Below, in pieces: positions 62,111 through 64,000 of a DNA stretch of 64,000 nt. Below the pieces are notes generated by a model. It was not told the DNA's origin, made no database searches, and saw only the letters and a list, made by a program, of their open reading frames with translations. Positions within the stretch are counted from its first letter, which is position 1. Every line of letters starts with the position of its first letter. The translations under genes were made by a program, and so were the position numbers. The stretch is from Felis catus (lineage: Eukaryota). The stretch lies in contig NC_058368.1 of the NCBI RefSeq assembly GCF_018350175.1, positions 138,200,001 through 138,264,000 on the forward strand, read 5' to 3'.

Positions 62111-64000
62111 TTATGTTTGGCTCATACTGGTTACTCAGAGCAACCCTGTCTATGGGCATCGTTGCCTTGAGAGTCCCTTGTCTCCCAGACCAACAAGACA
62201 AAAACCATCTTCAAAATCCACATGCAAGAAGGCTGTCCTTCGTTCCGTGTTGATGGTGCAAGCTGACACCTTGGACCCATTGATTCCTCTTTGCTCTTGT
62301 CCCCCAACTCGATACCATTCAGTCCTTCACTTCCTTTACTCTGAATGCTTTTACCAGCTTCCTCTCGGTCAAACACCACTTTCTTCTTGCCCACCTGTGC
62401 TTAAGGACTTCTCTCTCTTTTTGTTCACTGGATTAGCCCACACTTTCCAGACAGATGTGTTTGGTTGCCTGTGTGCTGAATAGTCCTATAGGTGGTTCCT
62501 TCCTCAGCCTCAGTTTATAGCCAGCGGCCTCACCTGGCCTGTGTTCTCTTGCCTCTTTCCCTTGCTTATGATGATCTTCCTCCTCTTAGTTTCCCCAGCT
62601 CCTCTGTATCTGTCTTGATTTCTTGCCCCATCTTGGGAGGGGTTCCCTGACCACCATGTCTGAAAATTTTGCACACCACATGTATGAGGTATTTACCTCT
62701 TCCGTTTAATGTAATGTACACCCTCCTGTTTTTAACTACTAAAATAGACTTCAAGGACTCTAATCACACAGTGGTTCTTCTATATTCCCTGCAGCAGCTG
62801 TCACAAAGCCCAGCCTTTGGGTACTCATGTGTAGTTAATGCTTATGGGGGGGGGGCGGGCTCCCTGAAAGGTAAACTTCTGTAGCACAGGACATGTTGGT
62901 TCACACAGACTTGGTCAAGTGGATGGCCATGAGAGTTTTTGTGGAAGACGGAAATGGCTGAAAACATAGAGGATGTAGTTAGCTTTTAAAATAGTCATTA
63001 TTTTTAAAAAAATGCAGTAGGACTCATAAAGGGTACAAGGTTTAAGGAGAAATTTAAAACTATCCAAAATCTTAACAGCTAGAAAAGATGGCTATTCATA
63101 TTTTAATGGAGTCCTTTCTAATAATAAAAAAGTTAGCTGTTAATGCTGGTGTTTTTATATGAAATGTGTTTGATTACTCTTAACTTACTATACATTTAAC
63201 TTTTTCCCCATTTTTTTTTTTACAACAAATAATGTTGTAGGTGGCATTCTTTTGCATATAGCACTGTCCACATCTTTGATTATTGTCTTAAATTCTAGCA
63301 TCAGTAGGTGTTAAATTTCCTCTTTAACCCACAGTTTTTAAAAAGTTTTAGGACTTACAGTTTTTAAGGAGAGGAGTGTTGGGGGTGTAAGCTTTGATTA
63401 TTAAGTTTTTTTACATGGGGCATGAGATTGTGACATGTGTAAGCTGCTGTTATTAGGAAATAATCCTATTTTATGGGTGTATTTTTGTTTTTAATTATGA
63501 AGATTACTATTTCTAATCTGGAAACCATGATATGATATAAAACAAAACATAATAGATAGTCAAAATTTTGGTGTTTGTATTCTTTTTTGTTAAAGCCTGA
63601 GTTGCTACTTTTTCACAAATTCCTTTGTTTATAAATAGATTTCACTGCTTATGTTTAGATATTACATTATTTAGTGCACAGAAGTTCACAAATCACAGCT
63701 TTGTTGAAGATTTGACTTTGATAAATATAAAGTAACCTCTTTAATGCCATTATATGCTTTGGGCATTGAATTTCACTTTGTCTGAAATTAATATTCCTTT
63801 TGCTTTCCTTTCCTTTGAATTTTCTCTTACTATTTCTTTGTTTTTAATTTGGAATGTGTGTCTTTAATTTAGACGTAATCTGGAATTGAGAGCTAGTATT
63901 TTATAACAAGGCTTCTTTTTTTTTTTTCTTATTTACTCAATTTTACAGCTGTCAATTATCTTTTATAGTTCTTTGCTGTTTTCCTTGATGTTTGATTTTG

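Noticed and set aside
61705..62253. Overlapping 125-134 aa ORFs
   Set aside because: Lie in an L2 relic with strong strand bias. No next ARHGEF28 exon (second half of C1) was found before 64000.
1..64000. Prokaryote-style systems (CRISPR, operons, defence loci) or a nested second gene
   Set aside because: The sequence is mammalian intron/exon DNA. No spacer-repeat array, snoRNA/miRNA or opposite-strand exon chain could be supported by eye.

Overview
Felid (cat-family) genomic DNA, identified by its many SINEC_Fc-type Can-SINEs and carnivore L1s. The whole window lies inside the + strand Rho-GEF gene ARHGEF28 (RGNEF/p190RhoGEF). Eight coding exons were traced by hand (316-376, 41299-41420, 45371-45651, 48732-48939, 51674-51785, 55499-55541, 60582-60705, 61051-61183). 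All have AG/GT boundaries and splice into one open 1084-nt frame ending in the first half of the C1 zinc finger. Exon numbers 9-16 follow my recollection of the human gene. An alternative first coding exon (ATG 19293, MDSDSDSPFNYSWPSFPKMKIRRRASKQ) sits in the ~41-kb intron and is phase-compatible with the exon at 41299. The rest is intron, filled with SINEs, L1, L2, MIR, LTR and DNA-transposon relics and microsatellites. Best leads: (1) an in-frame, CpG-rich, exon-like block at 54774-54896 whose donor is one base from consensus and whose peptide resembles an AKAP13 motif, so a probable vestigial or poison exon; (2) an 85-bp direct repeat, not recognisable as a TE, bracketing the 281-nt exon; (3) two sister SINEs inserted at the same homologous site in two different L1 copies. 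I see no evidence for a wholly new multi-gene system. Old-repeat family names are from memory of consensus sequences and their boundaries are approximate.
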